Below the pieces are notes generated by a model. It saw only the letters and a list, made by a program, of their open reading frames with translations, did not search any database and was not told the origin of the DNA. Source: Octopus sinensis (Eukaryota). From it: a stretch of 64,000 nucleotides of DNA. Positions 49,601-59,559 of the stretch are shown here, in pieces; position 1 is the first letter of the stretch; each line of letters opens with the position of its first letter. The stretch is from assembly GCF_006345805.1 (NCBI RefSeq), contig NC_043013.1, positions 42,904,001 through 42,968,000 of the forward strand. The letters are read 5' to 3'. The position numbers and the translations under genes were made by a program.

Positions 49601-51975
49601 AAAGACGATTAAGTAAATGTAAAGAGAATCATTATTGAACTGTGCATGTGTTATCCAAGCCAGGGCCTTTAAATTTACTTTGTCCCATTCCTGGTAATAA
49701 AACTAGTTCCCTACATATCATTTTCTGGCTATGTTCTTCGCCACACAACGTATAGTTTGGTCAAAAAACAGATTGAATTCTTATGTGGGCTGTTAACATT
49801 TAGGTAAAAAAATTTTTAATGAAAAAAAAAAGCTTTTAAAATTTCAAAAGTGAAGTTTGTTAAGAGGTAATAGCTGATTTTTTTACTTAAAAATTTAACA
49901 ATTCTTCTCTAGTTCATATAAAATGCTGTTCTTGCTTATTTTCAAACCGATTTTCATCGTTTCAGGCTCGGTAAAAGAAATTGCTGTTGGATACAGATGC
50001 GCAAATATTAAAATGTCACGAAAGAGGCGGAAGGACAAATCTTATGTTCAAAAACGGCTTTTTGCTTTTTTTCCCTGTTCTATTACGACCTGCGTGAAGT
50101 ATTTTCATACCTAAGTATAAAGAGAAAATATGGTTATTTAAGGGTCTGGAAACTGATTAAAATTATTTTCTTTCGTAATTGTTTCAGCTATGGAGAGAAG
50201 GCCGGAACATTTGGAGGAGGGAGACGGTCGATTACAATGACCCTCTGCTCAACCGTTACTTATCTTAATCAACTCCAAAAGGATAAAAAGCAACGTCGAC
50301 GCCGGTGGAATCTGGGCATACCTAATTAAGTATGGCCCCGCCAACTTTGCTTCCTCAGAAGTTACTGGTATTTTAATCAAAATAAAACTATTTTTTTTTG
50401 TATTTAGTCAACCAGCTTCATACACATACACATATATACATAACCTACACCATCTGAAGCATACTTCTAGAAAATTTTATTATTTTCTTGGAGATTATGA
50501 GGAAACAAAGTGGATAGGAAGGGAAACAATTAGATATGCCAAAATTTGAACTCAGGACATAATGCCACAAAGCCTTTTGCTCAGCGTGTTAACGATTCGG
50601 CCAGCGAGCTGCCTTTATTTTCTTTTACAATATCGTTTATCAGCATCCAAAGTACACGAGGTGGCAGGATCGATGTCTGCACTTCAGATCCTACACGTTC
50701 TGATTTCAAATTCTGCTGAAGTAGCTATCAACTTTGCCCTTTATCTTTTATTAGTCGATAAGATTAGTACCAGCTGAGCACTGGGTCAATGTAACTGATT
50801 GACCCCTTTCCTCACAAAATAGCTGACCGTCTGCCAACACTTGAAACCGTTATAGTCTCATTTTCGTGGCTAAATAAAAAGAGTTCAGAGGCAAATTGAA
50901 ACTATGATTACATACTTATACGAGTCGGAGGGAGTTTTAAAAAAAATAGTATGTAAAATTGAATTTCATGGGAATTAACGTAAATAAGGAAGTGTTAATA
51001 TAGCCTTGTTTTTCTCGTTTAAATTTTCATCTCGTATAGAAATAGATTTTTACAGTATGCCAAATTTCTAAAAGAAAAATAACTAAAATGAAGAATAAGT
51101 CATGGAGGAGGACGGGAGTTCAGTTCTAAATGTGAATTCCAAATATTTCAGATTGCGGGATATAATAAAATGGGTAAAACTAACGAAAATACAAGACTTT
51201 AATTATTCCTTGAATTATAAGTTTCAGAATAAGAAATATAATGAGAAAAAAATTGCTTTATATGGTGATGTTTGTTAGTAGAGACGCGAAAGAGAGAAGA
51301 GTGATTTTTAATTTTGGGGTTCTTCTAATAAGCTTTCTCCCATTATTTTTAAATGCGTGGTGCAAGAAAAAAATTCATAAATCGCGGCGAAAACAGTGAA
51401 AATCCAACTTTTGTGGGTGAGCTTTGAGCTTGTTTCGAAACTCCGCCATTACGCATCAGTTTTTCGCCGTCCGTTCACAACTGATATTATATTCCATTAG
51501 ATTCCCGTAAATAAGGGAAATGCTGCTGGTGACCAGGGGTAGATAGATATACAACGAAGGACTTTCATACTTAGTAACAAATAATCAATTATGCTTTTAT
51601 AAAATACAAACAAAAGTCATTATAACGGTTTGTGTTTAAAATGGCTACAAATGACTTTCGCCACAATGAAACCATCAATTTCTTTCAACACTCATAGGTT
51701 TATTTTGATCTGTTAGACATTTTTGCACGAGTTTTGAAGGTTCAAGAAACCTCCAATATTATTATAATTATAATACTATGTTTTTATATATATATATATT
51801 ATACATAATAAACACCGTCGCTCATTAAGATCGCTCTTACCTTTTCTAAACGTTCCAACAACACGGCCTTTACTCCAGTCTTGTCCAGACCTCGTTTCTC
51901 CAGTTCACTGCGGAGATCCACAACCCTGAGATCTATTAACTTGTCACTGGAGATCTCACCACTTGCACTGGCCAT
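19859..51975 (-). CDS. SAFB: Scaffold attachment factor B / SLTM-family protein (SAP + RRM + coiled coil + Gly-rich tail), 20 exons, 1024 aa
   Basis: [31 protein letters not shown]; SAFB-type [21 protein letters not shown]...[23 protein letters not shown]...[12 protein letters not shown]; all 19 introns GT-AG with matching phases; exon sum 3075 nt. Confidence 0.93.
20375..20586. mobile_element. piggyBac-type MITE
   Basis: TTAA-CCCTTTAGCATT start, degenerate right TIR; same family as 6305-6522. Confidence 0.75.
20660..21110 (+). mobile_element. Degenerate tRNA-derived SINE(s)
   Basis: ggtacagtcccacc...ccttgggcaagtg core and (TG)n. Confidence 0.55.
21485..21624 (-). CDS. SAFB: SAFB-like exon 19
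   Basis: ccag|(R)[18 protein letters not shown]...RNSV+G|gtaagt, phase 2-1. Confidence 0.85.
22030..22236 (-). CDS. SAFB: SAFB-like exon 18 (R/D/E-rich)
   Basis: ctcag|[12 protein letters not shown]...DEKLN+AG|gtaatt, phase 2-2. Confidence 0.88.
22835..23085 (+). mobile_element. tRNA-derived SINE
   Basis: agctgtgaggttaagaagcttgc...gggttcagtccc...tcttggacaag. Confidence 0.6.
23343..23765 (-). mobile_element. SINE-like repeat with (GAT)n tail
   Basis: Reverse complement of the 6795-7312 family. Confidence 0.85.
24100..24246 (-). CDS. SAFB: SAFB-like exon 17
   Basis: atcag|[28 protein letters not shown]...NES+CG|gtaagt, phase 2-2. Confidence 0.88.
25340..25465 (-). CDS. SAFB: SAFB-like exon 16 (coiled coil)
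   Basis: ttcag|[18 protein letters not shown]...AEML+CG|gtaagt, phase 2-2. Confidence 0.88.
26331..26494 (-). CDS. SAFB: SAFB-like exon 15 (coiled coil)
   Basis: gacag|[22 protein letters not shown]...VREKI+AG|gtttgt, phase 0-2. Confidence 0.88.
27315..27525. repeat. Degenerate minisatellite, about 6 units of 29-35 bp
   Basis: Recurring ttcagggtcaa...agtga...agccactctagt in intron 14. Confidence 0.75.
27601..27818 (-). CDS. SAFB: SAFB-like exon 14
   Basis: tttcag|(D)KSHAATPNK...PAAAAAAAS...[10 protein letters not shown]|gtaagt, phase 1-0. Confidence 0.88.
27840..28230 (-). mobile_element. Degenerate SINE
   Basis: Similar to 28580-29005 and to the reverse of 22835-23085. Confidence 0.55.
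28365..28511 (-). CDS. SAFB: SAFB-like exon 13 (K/D/R/S-rich)
   Basis: tgcag|(E)[12 protein letters not shown]...[11 protein letters not shown]+G|gtcagt, phase 1-1. Confidence 0.85.
28580..29005 (-). mobile_element. tRNA-derived SINE with (GAT)n-type tail
   Basis: Head gtgactgtgtggtaagaagtttgc on the minus strand, ggaagggcatc core, gat tail. Confidence 0.65.
29212..29299 (-). CDS. SAFB: SAFB-like exon 12
   Basis: ttcag|[15 protein letters not shown]...VKKD+G|gtatga, phase 0-1. Confidence 0.88.
29355..31898 (+). mobile_element. Full-length degenerate piggyBac transposon
   Basis: TTAA on both sides; TIR CCCTTTTGTTACTA / TAGTAACGAAAGGG; broken transposase [13 protein letters not shown]...[13 protein letters not shown]...[18 protein letters not shown]...KWWRYL. 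Confidence 0.95.
32035..32184 (-). CDS. SAFB: SAFB-like exon 11 (RRM, RNP1 half)
   Basis: atcag|[23 protein letters not shown]...[10 protein letters not shown]|gtgagt, phase 0-0. Confidence 0.95.
32540..34420 (-). mobile_element. Very degenerate CR1/L2-group LINE
   Basis: Remnants YHLIALT (NYRPIALT-like, present twice), [10 protein letters not shown] (GVPQGS-like) and YVDD. Confidence 0.5.
34483..34577 (-). CDS. SAFB: SAFB-like exon 10 (RRM, RNP2 half)
   Basis: aatag|(T)[31 protein letters not shown]|gtatgt, phase 1-0. Confidence 0.95.
34728..34768 (-). CDS. SAFB: SAFB-like exon 9
   Basis: ttgcag|[13 protein letters not shown]+A|gtaagt; 41 nt bridges phase 2 to phase 1 exactly. Confidence 0.82.
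35199..35407 (-). other. Two candidate poison cassette exons (35310-35407 and 35199-35237)
   Basis: Splice sites conserved in the duplicate (1180-1274, 1065-1106); each introduces a stop when joined to exon 8. Confidence 0.4.
36407..37004 (-). CDS. SAFB: SAFB-like exon 8 (acidic, internal repeats)
   Basis: ctgtag|(A)[14 protein letters not shown]...DKDVKSK+AG|gttggt, 598 nt, phase 1-2. Confidence 0.88.
36790..36990 (-). repeat. Coding tandem repeat, 4 units of 45-48 bp ([16 protein letters not shown])
   Basis: Visible in DNA and protein; one unit only in the duplicate. Confidence 0.85.
37870..38915 (-). mobile_element. Degenerate Tc1/mariner, same family as 3813-5079
   Basis: [36 protein letters not shown] at the start, GGGFNE* at the end; terminal ccaggtgttagtgaacaca. 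Confidence 0.75.
39352..39471. mobile_element. 120-bp mariner-type MITE
   Basis: TIR CAGGGTGATTCAAAAGTC / GACTTTTGAATCACCCTG, TA on the left side. Confidence 0.8.
40373..40569. mobile_element. piggyBac-type MITE, reverse orientation
   Basis: CCCTTTAGCA...TGCTAAAGGG-TTAA. Confidence 0.8.
41342..41375 (-). CDS. SAFB: SAFB-like exon 7
   Basis: ttttag|[11 protein letters not shown]+G|gtatgt, phase 0-1. Confidence 0.82.
41695..41934 (-). CDS. SAFB: SAFB-like exon 6
   Basis: tttcag|[12 protein letters not shown]...DTCTDLQ|gtaatg, 80 codons. Confidence 0.85.
42969..43000 (-). CDS. SAFB: SAFB-like exon 5
   Basis: ttccag|(K)[10 protein letters not shown]|gttggt, phase 1-0. Confidence 0.78.
43165..44410 (+). 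mobile_element. 5'-truncated CR1-group LINE
   Basis: [35 protein letters not shown]; (AAATG)n tail; TSD ATAATAC; empty site in the duplicate near 9152. Confidence 0.92.
45714..45768 (-). CDS. SAFB: SAFB-like exon 4
   Basis: ttttag|[18 protein letters not shown]+A|gtaagt, phase 0-1. Confidence 0.7.
46274..46302 (-). CDS. SAFB: SAFB-like exon 3
   Basis: ttttcag|(D)NLAALVNIE|gtgagc, phase 1-0. Confidence 0.68.
46440..46823 (+). mobile_element. Young tRNA-derived SINE (Octopus-type)
   Basis: tggctgtgtggtaagtagcttg...gggttcagtcccactgcgtggcaccttgggcaagtg, internal (TA)n; near-identical to 56130-56502 and 63658-64000. Confidence 0.9.
47025..47388 (+). mobile_element. Non-autonomous Helitron-like element
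   Basis: 5' A|TCTCTATATATATAAA, (TG)n, 3' hairpin ATGACCCAGC-GTT-GCTGGGTCAT; terminal CTAG not seen. Confidence 0.6.
47599..47653 (-). CDS. SAFB: SAFB-like exon 2
   Basis: ccacag|[18 protein letters not shown]+G|gtgcag, phase 0-1. Confidence 0.82.
51841..51975 (-). CDS. SAFB: SAFB-like exon 1 (start, SAP domain)
   Basis: atcATGG; [45 protein letters not shown]|gtaaga. Confidence 0.93.
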
Positions 51976-52127
51976 GATATATGTAAGTGAATGTCGAGAT
52001 TTGTTTAATCCACTGGTTTCACGTTGAAGCAGAAACTTGGTTAGGACGCAATTCTGTTTTAATATTTTGCTATACAACAGTTAACTCCCTTCTATCTGTG
52101 GTGACGTTGAGGCTACTTCTTTTAGTG

Positions 52128-52146
52128 TTGCCACCAGATGGCACAA
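52128..52146 (+). promoter_or_regulatory. CTCF-type motif upstream of the SAFB-like start
   Basis: TTGCCACCAGATGGCACAA, about 155 nt upstream of the ATG; conserved in the duplicate. Confidence 0.7.
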
Positions 52147-52264
52147 GCGTCAAACCTTAATATCCGTCATATTCCTAAGAGACCCCCCCTCCTTCTTCCT
52201 CGAGCTTTGTGCTCTTTTACGGAACTCTACATTCCCGACAATTTTGTCACAAGGCGGAAATCGT

Positions 52265-55160
52265 ATCTTGGTGGTTGTCAGATTTGGACATTTTAAAACG
52301 AAGTGGAAATGTTCAAATTTGATATTTCGCTGTAATTTGTCACGTAGAATCTGAATTGAATTATTTATTGTAGAAAAATATCAGAGAAGTGTCACAAAGT
52401 TTGATCATTTTTAGCCAATCAGAAAACAGGAATGTGAAGTCGCGCGTTTTCTGCCTGATAAGATAATTATTTGTGAAAGTAAGACACGAAGAGAGTTGTA
52501 CGAAGTTTTAATAAGTTTTATTGAAAGACGTTATGTAAAACGAATAGTCGAACATGTAAACAACTGAAAAAGGGGGAAACCTCAACGAAATCTTTTTGTG
52601 TAAAAGTCGGTGAAGGAAGTGAAGAGTAAAACGCGCGTGGTCAGACGCACACACGCACCGATTGATTTTCATGTCATGAGTTGAATATTAAAACACTCGT
52701 ACAATGTATTTATGTATGTATGTGTATATGAAAGATAATGGGAGTACATACGTGTATGAGTGAATACATATACCTAAAGCTGAACATGCTGTCACACGTT
52801 ACACCCGTTAACCTTCATATACACGAGTGTGTCTCGCGTGTGCTTTTATTTTCACTTCCCTCACCGACTTCAAAATAAATACCGGCTTCGACAGTAAATA
52901 AATAAAAATTCTTTACGGAAATTGCCGAACAATCAGCTGGAAGAAAATAACAAGGTTGAGATCATAATCGAAGCATTACTAGTTCATGTAAATAATTCGA
53001 AAATTCAAAAACGAATGTTACTTGGAGTTTATCAAAGAAATTACAATTTTCTCCCGCTTCACATACTCGCAAAAACACGAGTCGACCATGGAACGTTGGG
53101 TTCCACCGTGTCGTTTTAGAGAGATTTATGTGCTTTCAGCTTATGTATGGGTTATATTTTCAAGTTAATAAACTCAACACTGAAGTTCATCATCCTATGT
53201 CGAAAATTGTACCCAGCAATTTGCGGAATGTGAGAGGACGACCACAAGTCACAGAAACTCCCGGTCTAATAGGTGTAAAAAAAAAAAAAAACCTGTAGAA
53301 AATGAATATGAAAACAAAAATTTGCGCAAACGTATGAGGGTTGTGGGGAGAGGACTTTCGGAAAATTCACATGGTCCGATTTTTTTCCCTCATAGCTTTC
53401 CTGAAAATGGACATTAGTGAAATTTTACAGAAATACCTTTATAGATTACGATTATAAAGAAATTTGTGGGGAAAATGTTTTCCGAAGGGGTGGGGATAAG
53501 ATTCGCGGAATATTCACACGATCCGGTTTTTTCCATCATAACTTTTAGGAAAAATGGTTATCTTTTAATGAAAGCTTATACAAATACTTTTCAAACAGCA
53601 TAGATTACGAGTATAAAGAAAATTGTGGGGAAAACTCTTTCCAAAAAGGTGAGCAGAGGAGTTTCGGACCAAGAAGACCATACAAGTTGGAATTTCTCCG
53701 CTTTGACGGGGATTTTTCCAATTGTTTTTCAGCACAGCCTTCAAAATGATGGGAAACATCTTTTTATGAAAAAACCGTTTGGAAAATTTTATGATTTTTT
53801 TTTTACTCTCCTCCCCACTTAATACCAATGGATCATGCGTTCTTCGTTGGTGGAATATAAGCATTAATAAAAAAAAATTTCCATTTAGCAAGACTTCCAC
53901 CCGTCCCCCATCCAACCATCCTTAAAAAAAATTTTTTTCGATCCCCCTACCCACCCACTTTTCGGCTACGGAAAATACGAATCTGCAAAAAAATTCACAA
54001 AAATCGGCATTTTTAAATTACCACCCAACTTTTCCTTCATTTTAAAAACTTTTTTCGGAAAAAAATTTCCAACAATTTTTGTAAAACTTTTTTTGAAGAT
54101 TTTTTTTTTTTAAATATACGGAAAAATACGGACATTATTGATTCGGACAAAAATTTGAAAACATTTCTATCGCCTAGTTGGCGACGGAAACGTGTGCTAC
54201 GACAAGCGAAACATCGCCCTGTAGTTTCTTTATAATTATAATCTATGCCGTTTGAAAAGTATTTGTATAAACTTCCACTAAAAGATATCCATTTTCCTAA
54301 AAGTTATGAGGGAAAAAATCGGATCGTGTAAATTTTTCCCAAATCCTCTTCCCCGTCCGTTTTGTGCAAATTTTTATTTTCATATTCGTTTTCTACACAT
54401 TTTTTATACCTATTGGACTTTTTCATTGTTTGTTTTGGTGACCGGGAGTTAAAGTAAACACTAACCAATTAGGAAATTATTGTTCCTCGAACAACCGACT
54501 GCCTTATATCGCTCATGAAAACTTGTGGTGGTGCAAGTGTCAAATTTGCACGCAAAAACAGGGCAGACTGGATGAGACTACAGCTTTGATTGTTACTATG
54601 GAAACAGATACCAAAGTGACATTTATGTGCATGAGTATAGTGATGGCTGTCGATTGGTTAAAATTACCTCAAATTTGCAAACTTTTAAAAGGTATTAACT
54701 TTTTATTAATCAATTTTTGATGAATTCCACCGTCATAGCATACAAAACGAAATCGTTATGCCAAATTGGAAAAGAACTAAAAGAAAATTGAAAAAAATGT
54801 GAAATCTATAGTTTGTTTCTTGATTATTCGCAAAAAGCATCGAGGAATTATCCTTCTTTAGTTGTTTACATGCCTTTTTCACATGACTTTATTCATTAAA
54901 ACTTCTTAACTTTTGATTTCATCGCCTAAGAACGGATCCACCAGACAATTATCACATGACGCAGAAAATGCGAGGCTGCCAATTCCTGTTTCCTGATTGG
55001 CTAAAAATGATCAACTTCGGACCTCTGCAAGGTCTAATTTTTTTTTTTAATCTTGGAATAAATGAATCGCCAATTCTGATTCTGTGTGACAAATTACACC
55101 AGTATACCAAATTTGTAAATTTTCATTTAGTTTTCAAATCTGTGACAACATCCAAAAGGA
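52265..55160. mobile_element. Nested inverted-repeat (foldback/MITE) complex
   Basis: Outer arms about 52265-52570 / 54860-55160; inner arms about 53255-53600 / 54250-54450; small MITE 52605-52871. Confidence 0.65.
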
Positions 55161-55569
55161 TCCAAGAAGATTTTTACTGACTAGTTGGCAGCAATGGCTA
55201 ATTTGATTAATGGATCAGTAAGAATGATTTGCAGCTCCCACCGACACACCTCTCTAAATACATCTTTCCCTACTGTTCTCCTACTTTTTCCGACCAACAT
55301 AATTTTCACCATCTTTCTTCCTGCATCTCCACTTCCCCTCTCTTTGAAATCAAGGTCCTTACTGACTTCAATGTCTACAACTCAACTGGGCTTCCACACT
55401 TTCCAGGTGGAATAAACATCGGAGATGCTTTGTCTCATGCTGAAACAGTAGTAGCTACTCAGAGATGGTGGACTCCTATCTGTACATTAAATACATCATT
55501 GTACTCATGGCTCTTACCTTCCAACAGCACCCCTGTACATGGCGTGTACTGCTTTCAGAATCTGTTTGT

Positions 55570-55935
55570 TGATCCCTAGCTCCCTCAATGGCCATCATAT
55601 CACAGAGAGGTACTCAATTGAAGACTTTCTCTAGATCAATAAATGCCAAGAACAATGGCTTGTCCTTAGCTAAATACTTCTCTTGTAGTTGCCTAAATAT
55701 GAAAATAGCCTTTGTGCTGCTTCTCCCCGGGACAAAGCTGAAATCACATTTCATCTAGTCTAATTCTGTTCCTACTTAATTGGGTTATAACTCTCTCTGC
55801 AACTTTCATGATCTGGTCCAGCAATTTGATGTCGCTATAATTACTTTTATCTAAGGCTCTCCCTTGCCATTGTAGCAACTGACTATGATGCTGCGGCGCA
55901 AGACATTAGGGACTACGCCTTCCTGAATAACCTGA
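55570..55935 (-). mobile_element. RTE-clade LINE RT fragment
   Basis: RRSIIVSCYNGKG...NYSDIKLLDQIMKVAERV...FVPGRSSTKAIFIFRQLQEKY...AFIDLEKVF. Confidence 0.75.
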
Positions 55936-56129
55936 TAAACTAAATTCATATTAATTTTCCGAAACTCCTCTCCCCAACCCCTCGCAAAAATTCTTTCAAC
56001 AAATCTCTATATATTCAGAATCTATAGCATCTAAGCGGTATTTGTTGAAAATTTCATTAAAAAATATCCATTTTTCTGTAAGTTACGAGACAACAAAGTC
56101 GGGGAATGGATACACATCTGCAGTGATAC

Positions 56130-56502
56130 CTTTACTCTTTTACTCTTTTACTCTTTTACTTGTTTCAGTCATTTGACTGCGGCCATGCTGGAGCACCACC
56201 TTTTAGTACTTATTCTATCGGTCTCTTTTTGCCGAACCGCTAAGTGACGGGGACCTAAACACACCAGCATCGGTTGTCAAGCAATGCTAGGGGGACAAAC
56301 ACAGACACACAAACACACACACATATACATATATATACATATATACGACAGGCTTCTTTCAGTTTCCGTCTACCAAATCCACTCACAAGGCATTGGTCGG
56401 CCCGGGGCTATAGCAGAAGACACTTGCCCAAGATGCCACGCAGTGGGACTGAACCCGCAACCGTGTGGTTGGTTAGCAAGCTACTTACCACACAGCCACT
56501 CC
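56130..56502 (-). mobile_element. Young tRNA-derived SINE
   Basis: Reverse complement of the 46440-46823 family with an (AGTAAAAG)n tail. Confidence 0.9.
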
Positions 56503-57225
56503 TTTATATTTCACGATTTTTATACCTTTGTAAACGCGTATGCGCTCCTATTACTACCCTGACAAGATATTGGGCAACCAGCACTTACAACTGATCCCGT
56601 AGTTTCTGCCTTTTTAAGAGAATCACTTCGGTTTCACAGAATTCTCCGAAAATAGCAGACGAATTTTCATAGACCTGTGTTTTTATGGGCGACTCGTGGT
56701 GCAATAATTTTAATAACTTCAAGGCAGAGTTCCACAATTGACACGTTAACTCAAGATACGTGTAATATTCTCAATTCTTTGCCCGTCCATAAATTCATTA
56801 AGATTGCAGTAGGTATTAATGGTATGCTAACTAAAAATTCATCTGGTGTTATCCGTTTGTCGTCCTGCACAACTGAGGATATTGTTCATAAATTGAAAAA
56901 TATCAGTTCAACTGTTAAATCAGTCAACCCTTGTTGGATTCGTCACACTGACACTTTTGTCAAATTTAGCGTTCTTAAAACAGAAAAAGATTAAACAATT
57001 TATTATATAACTTGAATAAAATTATTAGACATTTAAATTCTACATTATTGGGTTCATAGATAGTTTCCTGGCACCAAGACCATAAAAAAAGGAGCAGGAA
57101 AGGTGCACCATTGAGACATCACATAAAATACATGTTTAAAAAGTTATATGATGGCCTGCATGCCACGTCTGACACCACTATCACGTAGATTTGCTGTAAT
57201 TTTTTTGTTCAGATATATGATACTA

Positions 57226-57617
57226 CTAGCAGTATCGCCCGGCGTTGCTCGGGTTTGTAAGGGAAATAACTATATAAGCATTTTTAGAGATGTAAAGTAT
57301 AATAGCCATCTCAATATGGCTAACCACAAAGGTGGGGTGTTACTGTAGATTTTTACGTTCTGAGATTTAATAAAATTTAGAGAGTTACTTCCCTTATATA
57401 TGCCAAAAATGCATTAAAAATGGGAAAAATTGATGGTAAATTTTTTTTTTAATCGTAGACTCATCGTAGACGCGCGCTAATACCCAGAAGGGCTCGATAT
57501 GAATCACGACTACAAGATACCCGGTTCTGGTTAAACTGCACCGCAAAATGTGGGAGTAGTTAGGAATCTAAATCGTAGGAGACAGACGGCACACAACCTC
57601 ACTTTTATATATAAAGA
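57226..57617 (-). mobile_element. Non-autonomous Helitron
   Basis: 5' TC, 3' CTAG, subterminal hairpin CCCGAGCAACGCCGGG, inserted between A and T. Confidence 0.85.
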
Positions 57618-57819
57618 TAACTTGCACAAAACGTGTTCTGCCATATATACGAGCGCAAGCGACACCTGGTAATGCAAGAAAACGGTAAACAAGAAACTGA
57701 AGGCGGGTAACAGTATCCACGCGAAATCGCAACGTTTACACGATTAGGATTTCTGAAACAAACACACAGAACCATCACACATATATATTTGTGCATATAT
57801 ACATATATATTTATATATA

Positions 57820-57960
57820 ATGGCTACTTTACTGAAGGAAGTTGGCGATGAGAAAGAACAGAAGGAAATTGATGATGTGAAAGAACAGAAGGAAGTTGAT
57901 GATGAGAAAGAACAGAGGGAAAGTGAGACACGAGGAGTAATAACTTCTATCAGCAAGCAG
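57820..57960 (+). CDS. Probable first coding exon of an unidentified divergent gene
   Basis: ataATGG; MATLLKEVGDEKEQKEIDDVKEQKEVDDEKEQRESETRGVITSISKQ|gtattt, phase 0; CpG-rich region 57620-57750 upstream. Confidence 0.5.
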
Positions 57961-58549
57961 GTATTTATGGTCATTTTTATGTTTGTGTGTTAAAAGGTGG
58001 CATAGACAAGCTGATAGCGAAGAGAGAGATTTTGCTCTGACAAGCTTATACGATGGAAACTCTAACATGGTCACTCGACCAGTTAAATATAGCAGTCAAA
58101 TCTTGACCCTTTCAGCATGACTTATTTCAAATTTATAATTTTCAGAGAAATTCGTTTGGAAACTCCGGATAATGAGTATTGGGCGAACTTTCGGTATAGT
58201 TGTCACAAATAAAACGGAAATTTTAGGGTTTTCTTTCTTTTTCTCGCTGTTGTTATTTGGTAAATTTATAGCCACCCCACCGCCCCCGATTTCTAAGTAA
58301 AATGTTCTTTGCGACATGTCCGGAGGTCAGATTGGTTGATAGCGCGCACACACACACACACACACAAAATGGCACCCTAAAGATTTTGGCCGAGTTTGGG
58401 ATCAGGACGCAGACATAAGTTGGATTTTCTCCGTTTTGACGGGGATTTTTTTCCAATTGGAAAATGATGGAGGTACATCTTTTTCTTACGAAAAAAAAAA
58501 GGGGGGGGGGCAGAGTTCGGATATGTTTTCATCGGGAGTGGAATTATTT

Positions 58550-59000
58550 AATACACTGCAAGTAGATTGTTTTCTTCACTTTTTTTTTTAAGGAAAACTT
58601 TCTTCAAGCAGAATAAAAAAATGTGTTTGTTATCGGCATTTGAACGCGCGATAGACGGCGTTATTTGGCGTTGTCGCAGTTCAGTAAAGCCGTCTCTGTG
58701 AGGAAAAATACTTTTATGGAAAAAAGTCAATTGACGGCCTTCACACTTTTTCATATAATCCTAGACTTCATATGTGAAATGTCAATGACAAGCTGCATGT
58801 CCATTTATAATATTAGCAGAGAGACACCACGAGTATTGCAGAGAAATATGTACCCAAAAGGCAAAAAAGAAATGGATACTTGAAATATATGACAACCCTG
58901 TAAGGAAGGGTTACCTGCAACTTGTTCTTGATCGAAAAGCAGAAACACTGGAAGAGGTCATTATTGAAAAATGTTGGAGGGGGTTAAAATATTGAAAAAA
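58550..59000 (+). mobile_element. Merlin/IS1595-like transposase remnant
   Basis: DGVIWRC...SVRKNTFMEKSQL...ISRET...NVGGG resembles the N-terminus of Merlin transposases. Confidence 0.45.
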
Positions 59001-59559
59001 AAAATTATTGCACAATCATATTAATTTCATTTTGTGCAGAAGACAGAATCGAAAAGATTTTGTGAAAATACGCAAAAATAAAAAATGTTATGAGGGGTTT
59101 TAGCGTGTGCTTCGAGCCGCCAAAAAAAGTTTTTGAAAATTTGTGATTTCTTTTCACCGCCTCACTCTAGACTGATTTTGGCACTTAACAAGCTTGGGAG
59201 AAGCCTTTTCGTTAAAAAAAAATTTAAAATATTTTCAGACAAAAGGTGTTGTTTTAAAAGAAATTTGGCTGTTGTTTCTAGCACATTCCACGACCACCTT
59301 CCTCGTTGAAAAACTATGGAGGAAGGGGTCCTCCACAAAAACAGCAATACATGACAAAGGAAACGGGTAAGGTAGTCGTGTATGTACTAGAAATAACAGT
59401 CAAAGATGTTCTCCCAGCATTTCAAATCCCGTCGTAAAGGAAAAGAACTGGAAAAATGCCGTCAAAACGGAAAAAATCCAACATGTGGACGTCATGATCA
59501 GAAACTCCGCTAATTTTTTTTTCCTCACTGAAATTACCTAATATGCAAAGTTCCAACAA

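Noticed and set aside
51976-52077. N-terminal extension of the ORF 51799-52077
   Set aside because: Starts at a non-ATG codon; the ATG at 51975 has good context and directly precedes the SAP domain.
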